Assembly: GCA_900315985.1 (NCBI GenBank)
Contig: ONBD01000002.1
Location: forward strand, 520 to 64,519
Direction: 5' to 3'
DNA length: 64,000 nt
From: an uncultured Eubacteriales bacterium
GTDB taxonomy: Bacteria > Bacillota > Clostridia > Oscillospirales > Acutalibacteraceae
The notes under the pieces are model-generated. The model was not told where the DNA came from, searched no databases, and saw nothing but the letters and a program-made list of their open reading frames with translations. Shown piece by piece: positions 1 to 8,538 of this stretch. The first letter of the stretch is position 1. The number at the start of each line of letters is the position of its first letter. The translations under genes were made by a program, and so were the position numbers.

Positions 1-678
1 AATCTTCTTGAAGAAGCTGTTGATGACGCAAATGCAAAAGACCCGAGCAATTACACACCTGAAAGCGCACAGGCACTTGAGGATGCTGTTGATGCAGCCG
101 AGGCAGTACTTAACAACCCCGACTCAACACCTGAAGAGATAGCAGACGCTATAAAGGCTCTTGAAGATGTTCTTGACTCTCTCGAGCTTACAAAGATTAC
201 TCCTAAGGATGACAGCGCAATTATAGTTGACAGACCTGATGTTGACACCGATTACACCTACCTTGTCGGTCTTGATCCTGAGGCAAATTCAGTTGACGAC
301 CTTAAGGCAAAGCTTGAAAATGACGGCACAACAATCATTGTTCTTCGTAACGATGTTCAGCTTACAGGCGACGAGCTTGTAGGTACAGGCTGTATCGTTA
401 AGTGTGTTGCAAAGAGCGACCCGTCAATAGTTTACGAGGTTGCAACAGTTGTTCTTTACGGTGATGTAAACGGCGACGGACTTATCAATGATAACGATTA
501 TCAGAATATTAAGTCTACGGCTTTTGTCGGCGCAAGAGCAATTACTCCCGACACGGTTTACTACTTCGCAGCAGACCTTAACGGCGACAAGACTTTGGAT
601 GCATTTGACTGCTACATCCATAACTGCATTATGCTTGGCTGTAATTCATTTAATCAGGGCGTAATCCTTTTCAGATAA
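1..678 (+). CDS. 3' fragment of a secreted dockerin-bearing protein (FIVAR-like helical segment followed by a C-terminal type I dockerin)
   Basis: Frame 1 is open from the window edge to TAA 676-678; it is absent from the ORF track because there is no start in the window. The C-terminus YGDVNGDGLINDNDYQNIK...AADLNGDKTLDAFDCYIHN shows the duplicated Ca-binding loops of a dockerin. Upstream NYTPESAQALEDAVDAAEAVLNNPDSTPEEIADAIKALEDVL is FIVAR-like. Confidence 0.8.
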   Translation, partial: NLLEEAVDDANAKDPSNYTPESAQALEDAVDAAEAVLNNPDSTPEEIADAIKALEDVLDSLELTKITPKDDSAIIVDRPDVDTDYTYLVGLDPEANSVDDLKAKLENDGTTIIVLRNDVQLTGDELVGTGCIVKCVAKSDPSIVYEVATVVLYGDVNGDGLINDNDYQNIKSTAFVGARAITPDTVYYFAADLNGDKTLDAFDCYIHNCIMLGCNSFNQGVILFR

Positions 679-693
679 TTATTTAAAACAAAG

Positions 694-726
694 GAGCTTC
701 GGAGTTTTTCCGAGGCTCTTTTTTTG
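694..726 (+). terminator. Intrinsic terminator after the dockerin gene
   Basis: GAGCTTCGGA / TCCGAGGCTC stem (one G-U pair), 5-nt loop, then TTTTTTTG. Confidence 0.75.
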
Positions 727-767
727 TTATAAAATACTTCTTTATTTGTTGAATTGTAAATCAACAT

Positions 768-1553
768 ATGTTAAAATCAAATTGGGTGATGATTATGGAA
801 AATACAGAAAAGAATTACATTACAAAGCCTTTGATGAAAAATAAGGCTTTCGGCTGTTTTCTGATTTTTGTCGGCATCTTAAGCGTGGCAATTCTTATTT
901 ACAAGCTGTTTTTCTCGGTCTACGAATATGATGCAAAGTTTTATCCTGTTGATTACGGCAATATGAATGTTTTGTCATACTTTACCGTGCAGTCAAATAT
1001 ACTTGTATACTTTTATATTTTCTGTCTCGGTTTTGCGGCTTTCGGCAGCAAAAGGGCAGAGAGAATTGCCTTTAACCCGACCTTCAGAGTGTTCATTACA
1101 ACCTACATACTTGTAACGGGTCTTGTTTTCAACAGCGGTATTTTTATGAAAATGTCGCCTCCGTTTTACTGGGACAGTTTCCGACATTTTATGCAAAGCT
1201 TTATGCAGGTTTATCACCATATGGTAATACCGCCGTTTATGATTATACTTTTCTTTTTAACGGTTACAAATGTAAAAGCGCCTATGAAAAAAATATGGCT
1301 TGCAGGCGTGTATCCGCTTGTATATTCGGTGTTTTCAATAATGAGGGGAGCACTTATGGCAGAGCCTAAATTCTTCGCCTACCCGTTTTTTAAGCCTGAT
1401 TTTTTCTGGGGTATGTTTATGGGTGACAAGCCCTTGGAATTTCCGCTTGCATATGTACTTATGGTACCTGCGTTATTTGTGGGCATAGGGCTGTTTATAG
1501 GCATAGCATATGTTTTCGCAGCAATAAACAATAAACTTGTAAAAGAGGGTTAA
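768..1553 (+). CDS. Multi-pass integral membrane protein (possibly Pr6Pr / FAR-17a-AIG1-like); alternative start ATG 795
   Basis: 261-aa ORF with about 6 hydrophobic segments. The motif LSYFTVQSNILVY resembles the conserved FT-x-QSN motif of that family (from memory, low certainty). It is 2 nt from the GH31 gene, so likely co-transcribed. Confidence 0.65.
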   Translation: MLKSNWVMIMENTEKNYITKPLMKNKAFGCFLIFVGILSVAILIYKLFFSVYEYDAKFYPVDYGNMNVLSYFTVQSNILVYFYIFCLGFAAFGSKRAERIAFNPTFRVFITTYILVTGLVFNSGIFMKMSPPFYWDSFRHFMQSFMQVYHHMVIPPFMIILFFLTVTNVKAPMKKIWLAGVYPLVYSVFSIMRGALMAEPKFFAYPFFKPDFFWGMFMGDKPLEFPLAYVLMVPALFVGIGLFIGIAYVFAAINNKLVKEG

Positions 1554-1555
1554 TT

Positions 1556-3964
1556 ATGAGTGATTATTTTGACGCATTCAGGGTTAAAACCGAGCCGGTA
1601 ACCGATGAAGCTTTTACCGTAATAAACGGCAGCACAAGGCTCAGCGTAATTACCGACAGACTTGTAAGAGTTGAAAATTCCCGAAACGGCGCTTTCTGCG
1701 ACGGCGCAACTCAGTCCGTCTGGTTCAGAAACTTTTCAGCACCTTCATTTGAAAAAACAGTCCAAGGCAATAAAATAATAATAAAGACCGAAAAAGCAGA
1801 GTTTCACTATAACTGCGCCGCACAGAGAATGGATTACATTTTGCTTGACGGCAAAAGAATTTCAGATTTTCACACAGGCAATCTCAAAGGTACAAAAAGA
1901 ACTCTTGACCAGAGCTACGGCGAGGTAAGACTCGGCGAAGGCATTATGTCAAAAAACGGCGTGGCTGTGCTTGACGATTCAAAATCGCTTTTAATTGCCG
2001 AAAACGGCGAAATAAAGCCGAGGAAAGAGAAGGAAACCGATGAGTATTTCTTTGCCTACGGTAATGATTACAGGGCATGCCTGAGAGACTTCTTTAAGCT
2101 TACAGGCTTTGCTCCGCTTGTGCCCCGTTTTACTTTGGGTAACTGGTGGTCAAGGTATAAAGCGTACACGCAGGAGGAATACATCACGCTGATGCAGCGC
2201 TTTATTGACGAAAGAATACCGATAACGGTTGCCACAGTCGATATGGACTGGCACTGGGTAGATATAAAAGATAAATTTTATGTGCAAAGACAGACAGACT
2301 CAAAACCGGACAACTTTATGCAGACCTTTTATGAAAAGGTTATTTCTGACGGCTGGACAGGTTACAGCTGGAATACTGATTTGTTTCCCGACCCAAAGGC
2401 ATTCCTGAAATGGCTTAAGGACAATAATTTCAAGGTGCCGCTCAATCTGCACCCCGCCTCAGGCGTAAGGTGGTTTGAGGACAGGTATAAGGAATTCGCC
2501 GAATTTATGGGCTACAACCCCGAAGAAAAAAAGACTATACCGTTTGACATTACTGACAGTAAATATGTTGAAGGTTATTTCAGGTTTCTGCACAAACCGC
2601 TTCAGGATGACGGCGTTGATTTCTGGTGGATAGACTGGCAGCAGGGCAACAAGACAAAAATTGAAGGACTTGATCCGCTTTGGGCGCTTAATCATTTTCA
2701 TTCGCTTGACCTTGCCCGTGACGGCGACAAAAGACCGCTTATACTGTCCCGTTTTGCAGGCGCAGGCTCGCACCGCTACCCTTTAGGCTTTTCGGGCGAC
2801 ACAGCACAGAACTGGAAGGTCCTTGATTTCCAGCCGTATTTCACCTCGACAGCGTCAAATATCGGCTATACCTGGTGGAGCCACGATATAGGCGGACACC
2901 ATTTCGGCAAAAAGGATGACGAATTGTATTTAAGATGGGTACAGTTCGGCGTGTTCAGTCCGATTATGAGGCTTCATTCCACCTCTAACGAATTTATGGG
3001 CAAGGAGCCGTGGAAATATGCAAAAACCACAGAAATGCTTGCGGTTGAGGCTTTGCGTTTCCGTCACAGGCTTATTCCGTACATTTACACAATGAATTAT
3101 TTAACTCACACCGAGGGCAGAGCCTTGTGCGAGCCTATGTACTACGGCAATCCCGAGAGCAAAGAGGCTTACGAGTGTAAAAACGAATACCGTTTCGGCA
3201 CTCAGCTTATAGTTGCGCCCATTACCGAAAAAATCTGCAAAAACACTCTGCTCGGCGGCACTGAGGTCTGGCTGCCCGAGGGCAGATACACAGACATTTT
3301 CTGCGGCAGAATTTATAACGGCGGCAGAAAGCTGAAGCTTTTCCGTGACACCTCGTCAATTCCCGTGCTTGCGAAGGAGGGCGCAATAATTCCTCTGAGC
3401 AACAGATTTTATGACAATGACATTTCAAATCCCGACGATATGGAAATACTCATTTTCAGAGGCAACGGTAAATTCTCAATGTATGAGGACGACGGCGAAA
3501 GTATGAATTATAAAAACGGGGCAAGTGCTTTCACTGATTTTGAGGTTTCGGAGGACGGAAATACAGTCAGATTTTCTGTTCACAAATCCAAAGGCGATTT
3601 AAGCGTGATTCCCGAAAAAAGAGCTTATACCCTTTCCTTCAGGGATATTGCCGAAGCCGACATCACGGTTACCTCGGGCGGCGAAGCGGTTGAATTTGAG
3701 AAAAACTGTGACAGCGGCTTTGTGAAAATCAGACTTTGCGGCATTGCTGCGGAAAAAGAAACACAGGTAATTCTTGAAAACACAAGGGTTAAAACCAATG
3801 GTGACAAGAGAGAATTGCTTATTGAGCTGATTTCAAAATTTCAGCAGAATAACAATTACAAGGCAAAAAAATATACCGATTATGTTAACGGCAAAGCAGG
3901 CTTGCCTGAGGTAAATGCCTGTTTCAGAGAGCCGATGGAGGAAATTGAGCACTTATTTGACTGA
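1556..3964 (+). CDS. Glycoside hydrolase family 31 alpha-glycosidase
   Basis: 802-aa ORF. GH31-type motifs are present: VATVDMDWHW, DFWWIDWQQG, GFSGDTAQNW, WWSHDIGGH and MRLHS. Substrate specificity cannot be called. Confidence 0.85.
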   Translation: MSDYFDAFRVKTEPVTDEAFTVINGSTRLSVITDRLVRVENSRNGAFCDGATQSVWFRNFSAPSFEKTVQGNKIIIKTEKAEFHYNCAAQRMDYILLDGKRISDFHTGNLKGTKRTLDQSYGEVRLGEGIMSKNGVAVLDDSKSLLIAENGEIKPRKEKETDEYFFAYGNDYRACLRDFFKLTGFAPLVPRFTLGNWWSRYKAYTQEEYITLMQRFIDERIPITVATVDMDWHWVDIKDKFYVQRQTDSKPDNFMQTFYEKVISDGWTGYSWNTDLFPDPKAFLKWLKDNNFKVPLNLHPASGVRWFEDRYKEFAEFMGYNPEEKKTIPFDITDSKYVEGYFRFLHKPLQDDGVDFWWIDWQQGNKTKIEGLDPLWALNHFHSLDLARDGDKRPLILSRFAGAGSHRYPLGFSGDTAQNWKVLDFQPYFTSTASNIGYTWWSHDIGGHHFGKKDDELYLRWVQFGVFSPIMRLHSTSNEFMGKEPWKYAKTTEMLAVEALRFRHRLIPYIYTMNYLTHTEGRALCEPMYYGNPESKEAYECKNEYRFGTQLIVAPITEKICKNTLLGGTEVWLPEGRYTDIFCGRIYNGGRKLKLFRDTSSIPVLAKEGAIIPLSNRFYDNDISNPDDMEILIFRGNGKFSMYEDDGESMNYKNGASAFTDFEVSEDGNTVRFSVHKSKGDLSVIPEKRAYTLSFRDIAEADITVTSGGEAVEFEKNCDSGFVKIRLCGIAAEKETQVILENTRVKTNGDKRELLIELISKFQQNNNYKAKKYTDYVNGKAGLPEVNACFREPMEEIEHLFD

Positions 3965-4064
3965 TAGCTAAAAATTGTCTGAATTTGTCCGTAACGGTTG
4001 TATTTACACAATTTTAGTGCTATCATAATAGTATAGATATATAAGCTGAACGGAGGTGTGTTCC

Positions 4065-5207
4065 TTGACTTTATCTGCCTATCTTTTCGGCAATATAATA
4101 TGCTTCCTTGTAATGGTACTGCTGAGTTATCAGTCGAGCCGTCAGTTCAGGCTTTTGCTTGAGGAGCGCTACTTCCTTGAGGTTGCGCTCACGGTGCTTT
4201 TAATGGAGCTTGCAGACATTATATGGCAGTTTGTCGACGGCTCGGGAGGCTTGCTTAACAGGGTAATCATCTATATTGCCTGCGGCTTTTATATATTCAT
4301 TATTTCTTATCTCGGTTATGCGTGGCTTGTTTATATTGATTATAAGCTGTTCCACAAGAAAATAAGCGTTTTTGGAAAAAGGCTTTTCGGCTATGCAATT
4401 CCTATGTTTTTTGTGCTTGCGCTTATACTTGTTTCACCGAAAACACATTGGATTTACTACATTGACGAGGGCAACCATTTCAAACGGGGCTATCTTTACA
4501 TAATTCATATACTTGTAAGCTTTTTCTATGTTGCTTACACAAATATTGTCTGCCTGAGGGCCGCAAGGCACACCTCAAACCGCAACATCAAAAAGGATGC
4601 AATTTCACTTGCGTTTTTCGGCGTAATGGTATTCATGGGCGGTGTGCTTCAGGTTATAATTCCTACGGTTCCGTTTATGACGGTGGGCGCTACAATTTCG
4701 CTTCTGTTTATCTTCCTAAGAGTGCAGAACAAGCAGATTTCTATTGACTCGCTTACAGGCATAAACAACCGCAGACAGTTCAATATTTACATTGACTCAG
4801 TGCTTGACAATAAAAAAAGCAGTAAAAAGCTTTATCTGCTTATGGCTGACATTGACAAATTTAAGCACATAAACGATACCTACGGGCATGTTGAGGGCGA
4901 CAACGCCATAATTACGGTAGCAGGCATACTTGCAGACATCTGCAGCAAAAACAATGATTTTGTTGCCCGTTACGGCGGCGACGAATTTGCGATTGTGTGT
5001 TACAGAAATAACGAAACAGAGGTCGAGGCTCTCAAATGCGCCGTCAAAGGAGCCATTGAGCATGAAAACGAAAACGGCGGCAAGCCGTATGAGCTGTCGC
5101 TGAGTATAGGAAGCTCGCAGATTTTCGTTGATAAAGACAATCATGAGTCAGCCATTTCAAAGGCAGACGAGCAGCTTTATCTTATCAAAGCAAACCGACA
5201 AAACTAA
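4065..5207 (+). CDS. Membrane-anchored diguanylate cyclase (GGDEF domain)
   Basis: About 6 N-terminal TM segments, then SLTGINNRRQF...DKFKHINDTYGHVEGD...RYGGDEFAIV. TTG 4065 lies 8 nt after SD GGAGG (4052-4056). The track start GTG 4056 overlaps the SD. Confidence 0.85.
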   Translation: MTLSAYLFGNIICFLVMVLLSYQSSRQFRLLLEERYFLEVALTVLLMELADIIWQFVDGSGGLLNRVIIYIACGFYIFIISYLGYAWLVYIDYKLFHKKISVFGKRLFGYAIPMFFVLALILVSPKTHWIYYIDEGNHFKRGYLYIIHILVSFFYVAYTNIVCLRAARHTSNRNIKKDAISLAFFGVMVFMGGVLQVIIPTVPFMTVGATISLLFIFLRVQNKQISIDSLTGINNRRQFNIYIDSVLDNKKSSKKLYLLMADIDKFKHINDTYGHVEGDNAIITVAGILADICSKNNDFVARYGGDEFAIVCYRNNETEVEALKCAVKGAIEHENENGGKPYELSLSIGSSQIFVDKDNHESAISKADEQLYLIKANRQN

Positions 5208-5220
5208 ATAGAACGAATTA

Positions 5221-5258
5221 AAGGGCAATCCGTGAGGATTGCCCTTTGTTTCTGTTTT
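5221..5258 (+). terminator. Intrinsic terminator between the convergent GGDEF and DUF4956 genes
   Basis: AAGGGCAATCC-GTGA-GGATTGCCCTT followed by TGTTTCTGTTTT. Confidence 0.75.
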
Positions 5259-5259
5259 C

Positions 5260-5922
5260 TTATAAGCTTTCTTTTTCCGAAATCTTACTGCATACAATGT
5301 TGAGGTTGCCGTTTCTGCATCTTATTTCGTCAATGAACGCTTTGGGAATCTGACTTTCTTTCAATACAATTACATATTGCAGCTCATAAAGCGTACCCAT
5401 ATTTGTTGTTTTTACCTTTTCGAGCGAATAGTGCTTTGTGTACTGAGTGAACAAATCGTCAAACAAGCCGTCATAGTCAAGGTTTTCGGGAATTGTAATT
5501 TTAAGCGTTCTTTCAGCTTCACTGCCTGCGCCGAATTTAACGAGCGTCAGAACAATTATAAACACGGCGAGTATTGCGAAGAATATGCCTGCCAGAGCCA
5601 CATAGCCCATGCCTGTTGCAAGTCCTATTGCCATTGCAAGAAAGATTGCGCCAATCTCCTTGGCTGTACCGGGAGCCGAACGGAAGCGTACAAGGCTGAA
5701 TGCACCTGCTACTGCTACACCTGCTCCGATATTTCCGTTGACTAACATAATGACTATCTGAACTATTGCGGGCAGCATTGCCAGAGTAACCGCAAAGCTT
5801 TGAGTACAGCGGTTTTTAAAGCTGTAAACAAGAGCTGTGCCAATACCCAGAACGAGTGAAACTGCGGTGCAGATTAAAAAGGTTGTTAATGTAATATCTG
5901 TTGTAATTATTGAACTAAGCAC
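5260..5922 (-). CDS. DUF4956-family membrane protein
   Basis: 220 aa, N-terminal TM helices, motif FSLVRFRSAPGTAKEIGAIFLAMAIGLATGMG typical of DUF4956. Overlaps the upstream VTC gene by 8 nt. Confidence 0.75.
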   Translation of the reverse strand: MLSSIITTDITLTTFLICTAVSLVLGIGTALVYSFKNRCTQSFAVTLAMLPAIVQIVIMLVNGNIGAGVAVAGAFSLVRFRSAPGTAKEIGAIFLAMAIGLATGMGYVALAGIFFAILAVFIIVLTLVKFGAGSEAERTLKITIPENLDYDGLFDDLFTQYTKHYSLEKVKTTNMGTLYELQYVIVLKESQIPKAFIDEIRCRNGNLNIVCSKISEKESL

Positions 5923-6652
5923 TTAAAAGCGCCTCCTTTGTGAATTTGTTAAGATTATTCTTTAATATATGCTCACGGTAACAGGTACCGTATTTTGAAA
6001 ATGATGTTGGGTAGAGCTTTAATTCTGTCAATGCCTTGGAAAGCCATAACGGGCATGCGCCGGGGATTTTTACTTCCATAAGTATTTTGTCTGTGTCTAT
6101 AATCGGCTTACCGTAATCGCCCTTTCTTAAATCAAGGTTGTCTGTCCTGAAACGGAGATTTGTGTCAAAGGTAATTCTCAGCTCTGAATTTTGGATTCCT
6201 TGAAAGGCTTTTCTGTCATAGGCTATAAACACCTTCGGATTTGTTTTGTAAAAGCTTTGAAAATAGCTTATTTCCTTGCTTATCTGACTTATCCTGTCAG
6301 CAGGTGCAATTCCTTTTAAAAAGGGTATTGCAAGCGAGGCTGAGGTGGTAATTCTTCTTTTATATACAACCGAATCGAACTTCTTTTTTATTTCGACAAA
6401 CACCTTGCCGTCATTTTCGGGAACGCCGTAGCTTCGTACTCTGAGCTTTTCCTTGTACTCGGGTTTGTCGAGCGAGGTCCTGATTAAGCTGTAATTGTCT
6501 GTGTCATAATATATATTACATATTGTATATTCCGGGTACTCGTCGGGCTTGATGAAAGGCTTTATCTTATTTAAAAATATTTCAAGCTCTTCGGGAGTAA
6601 GAAAATACTTTTTTTCGTATCTTTTAAAGTTGGTCTGAATTGCTGTGCTCAT
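5915..6652 (-). CDS. VTC-domain (polyphosphate-polymerase-like, CYTH/triphosphate-tunnel) protein
   Basis: 245 aa. The N-terminus FKRYEKKYFLTPEE...ICNIYYDTDNY...KLRVRSYG matches the bacterial VTC-domain pattern. Confidence 0.75.
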   Translation of the reverse strand: MSTAIQTNFKRYEKKYFLTPEELEIFLNKIKPFIKPDEYPEYTICNIYYDTDNYSLIRTSLDKPEYKEKLRVRSYGVPENDGKVFVEIKKKFDSVVYKRRITTSASLAIPFLKGIAPADRISQISKEISYFQSFYKTNPKVFIAYDRKAFQGIQNSELRITFDTNLRFRTDNLDLRKGDYGKPIIDTDKILMEVKIPGACPLWLSKALTELKLYPTSFSKYGTCYREHILKNNLNKFTKEALLSA

Positions 6653-6690
6653 TTATGTGCACCTCCTTTATGCCGTTATTATATTAGGGA

Positions 6691-6735
6691 AACCTAAAGA
6701 GAACCTAAAGAAAAAAATAAAAATTTCTTTAGGTT
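6691..6735. promoter_or_regulatory. Operator-like repeat set in the divergent VTC / beta-helix-lipoprotein promoter region
   Basis: AACCTAAAGA at 6691-6700 and 6702-6711 (direct, 1-nt gap). The exact inverted copy TCTTTAGGTT is at 6726-6735. Confidence 0.45.
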
Positions 6736-6867
6736 GGCTTTAAGTTGATGTTTTATGATGTAGCCACAACAGGAAACACAGGAAAAGAATTTATTAGCTG
6801 TGCAAAATTCCCGTCGTAAAACAAAATATACATTTAATATAATAAAAGCCAAAGGAGGCAAACATTT

Positions 6868-8463
6868 ATGAAAAACACAACAAAAGCATTAGCAGTTATA
6901 ATATCTGCTTTTTTAGCGGCAGGGGCGCTGACCTCCTGTTCAAAAACAGCAAAGAATACTTCAACCGAAACTTCAGCAGAAACTACCGAAGCGGTAATCA
7001 CCGACGAGGGCGTATTGGAGCTTTTAAACTCAGCTTCGGAAATTCCCGACATTGAAAATGCGGCAACAATAACGCTTTCGGGCAATTCAGCTTCAAGCTC
7101 CTCCGAAGCGGTAACGGTTTCAGGCTCTGAAATCACAGTAAAAAGCGGCGGCACTTATGTAGTAAGCGGTACGCTTACAGACGGCAGAATTATTGTCGAC
7201 GCACAGGGCGAGGAGGTTGTTCTGGTACTCAATAATGCAGACATTACCTGCTCTTATTCAAGCCCTTTATACATTTATAAATCCTCGCAGACCGCTGTTT
7301 ATTTGCAGGCAGGCACAGAAAATACCCTTTCAGACGGCGAAAGCTATAATTACAGCGACAGCTATTCAAGCGAGGCAGACGAAGAGCCGAATGCATGTCT
7401 TTATTCAAAATCCGATTTAGTGATTTCGGGCAGCGGCACACTCACCGTAAATGCAAATTATAATAACGGCATCACGGGCAAGGACACACTTAGAATTGAA
7501 AATTGTACGCTCAATGTCAATGCAAAAAATCACGGCATAAACGGCAAAGATAACCTTACCGTAAAAACAGCCACCGTAAATGTTAACGCAAACGGCGACG
7601 CACTTCGCTCAACCAATGACACAGACACAACACTCGGTTATATTGTAATAGCTGACAGCGCACTTAACCTGACAGCAGGCGAGGACGGTATTCAGGCAGA
7701 AACCTATGTTAAAATAGGCGGCGGCACAGCAAATATCAAATCCGGCGGCGGGAGCTCTGTAACGGCAAGCGACGAAACGAGCTCAAAGGGTATAAAGGCT
7801 GTAAGCGAAATTGTAATTGACGGCGGCACATACAATATAGATTCAAGCGACGATGCAATTCACTCAAACGGCACAGTAACCGTAAACAGCGGCGACCTCA
7901 CACTTACAACGGGTGATGACGGTATTCACGGCGACAGTCAGGTAACAGTATCGGGCGGCAATATAAATATCACGGCTCACGAGGGCATTGAAGGCACGCT
8001 TGTTACAATAAATGACGGCACAATAAATATCAGCGCAAGCGATGACGGCATAAATGCGGCTCAGAAGGTTACGGGCGTAACGCCGACAGTTGAAATAAAC
8101 GGCGGCGATATTACAATCACAATGGGTCAGGGCGACACAGACGCTATTGACTCAAACGGAAATATTACAGTAAACGGCGGTACGGTAAATATAACAGCTC
8201 AGTCACCCTTTGACTATGACGGACAGGGCGTTATCAACGGCGGTACGGTTTATGTAAACGGCACACAGACTACAACCCTTACCAATCAGTTCGCAGGCGG
8301 TATGGGCGGCGGTATGATGGGCGGCTTCGGCGGCATGCAGGGCGAGCAGGGTAATGCGCCTGCCGCACCCGACGGACAGAATGGACAGAATACGCAGAAC
8401 GGACAGGGCGGACAGCGTGGCGGCACACCTCCGCAGGGCGGCAGAGGCGGCTTCCACGGATAA
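6868..8463 (+). CDS. Secreted lipoprotein with parallel beta-helix repeats (Cthe_2159-like carbohydrate-binding family) and a Gly/Gln/Met-rich tail
   Basis: Lipobox LTSC after a signal peptide. Reiterated approx 22-aa units (GTLTVNANYNNGITGKD, CTLNVNAKNHGINGKD, ATVNVNANGDALRS, DDGIHG, DDGINA). The C-terminus is GGMGGGMMGGFGGMQGEQGN...GGQRGGTPPQGGRGGFHG. Confidence 0.7.
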   Translation: MKNTTKALAVIISAFLAAGALTSCSKTAKNTSTETSAETTEAVITDEGVLELLNSASEIPDIENAATITLSGNSASSSSEAVTVSGSEITVKSGGTYVVSGTLTDGRIIVDAQGEEVVLVLNNADITCSYSSPLYIYKSSQTAVYLQAGTENTLSDGESYNYSDSYSSEADEEPNACLYSKSDLVISGSGTLTVNANYNNGITGKDTLRIENCTLNVNAKNHGINGKDNLTVKTATVNVNANGDALRSTNDTDTTLGYIVIADSALNLTAGEDGIQAETYVKIGGGTANIKSGGGSSVTASDETSSKGIKAVSEIVIDGGTYNIDSSDDAIHSNGTVTVNSGDLTLTTGDDGIHGDSQVTVSGGNINITAHEGIEGTLVTINDGTINISASDDGINAAQKVTGVTPTVEINGGDITITMGQGDTDAIDSNGNITVNGGTVNITAQSPFDYDGQGVINGGTVYVNGTQTTTLTNQFAGGMGGGMMGGFGGMQGEQGNAPAAPDGQNGQNTQNGQGGQRGGTPPQGGRGGFHG

Positions 8464-8485
8464 AACGGGAAATATATAAACTAAA

Positions 8486-8527
8486 AACGCTCAGGTAAGC
8501 TTAATGCCAACCTGAGCGTTAATTTTT
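8486..8527. terminator. Bidirectional terminator hairpin between convergent genes
   Basis: AACGCTCAGGT ... ACCTGAGCGTT (11-bp stem), A-run upstream and AATTTTTG downstream. Confidence 0.7.
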
Positions 8528-8538
8528 GTTATAAAATT

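Noticed and set aside
51-621. Minus-strand ORFs 51-248 and 424-621
   Set aside because: They are antisense to the open dockerin-protein frame, which has clear domain signatures. They are low-complexity Ser/Ala-rich or Cys/Val-rich translations with no SD.
8275-8463. Reiterated GGC/GGA/CAG-rich DNA considered as a tandem repeat or CRISPR-like array
   Set aside because: There are no regular repeat-spacer units. It is in frame with, and forms the C-terminal low-complexity tail of, the lipoprotein gene.
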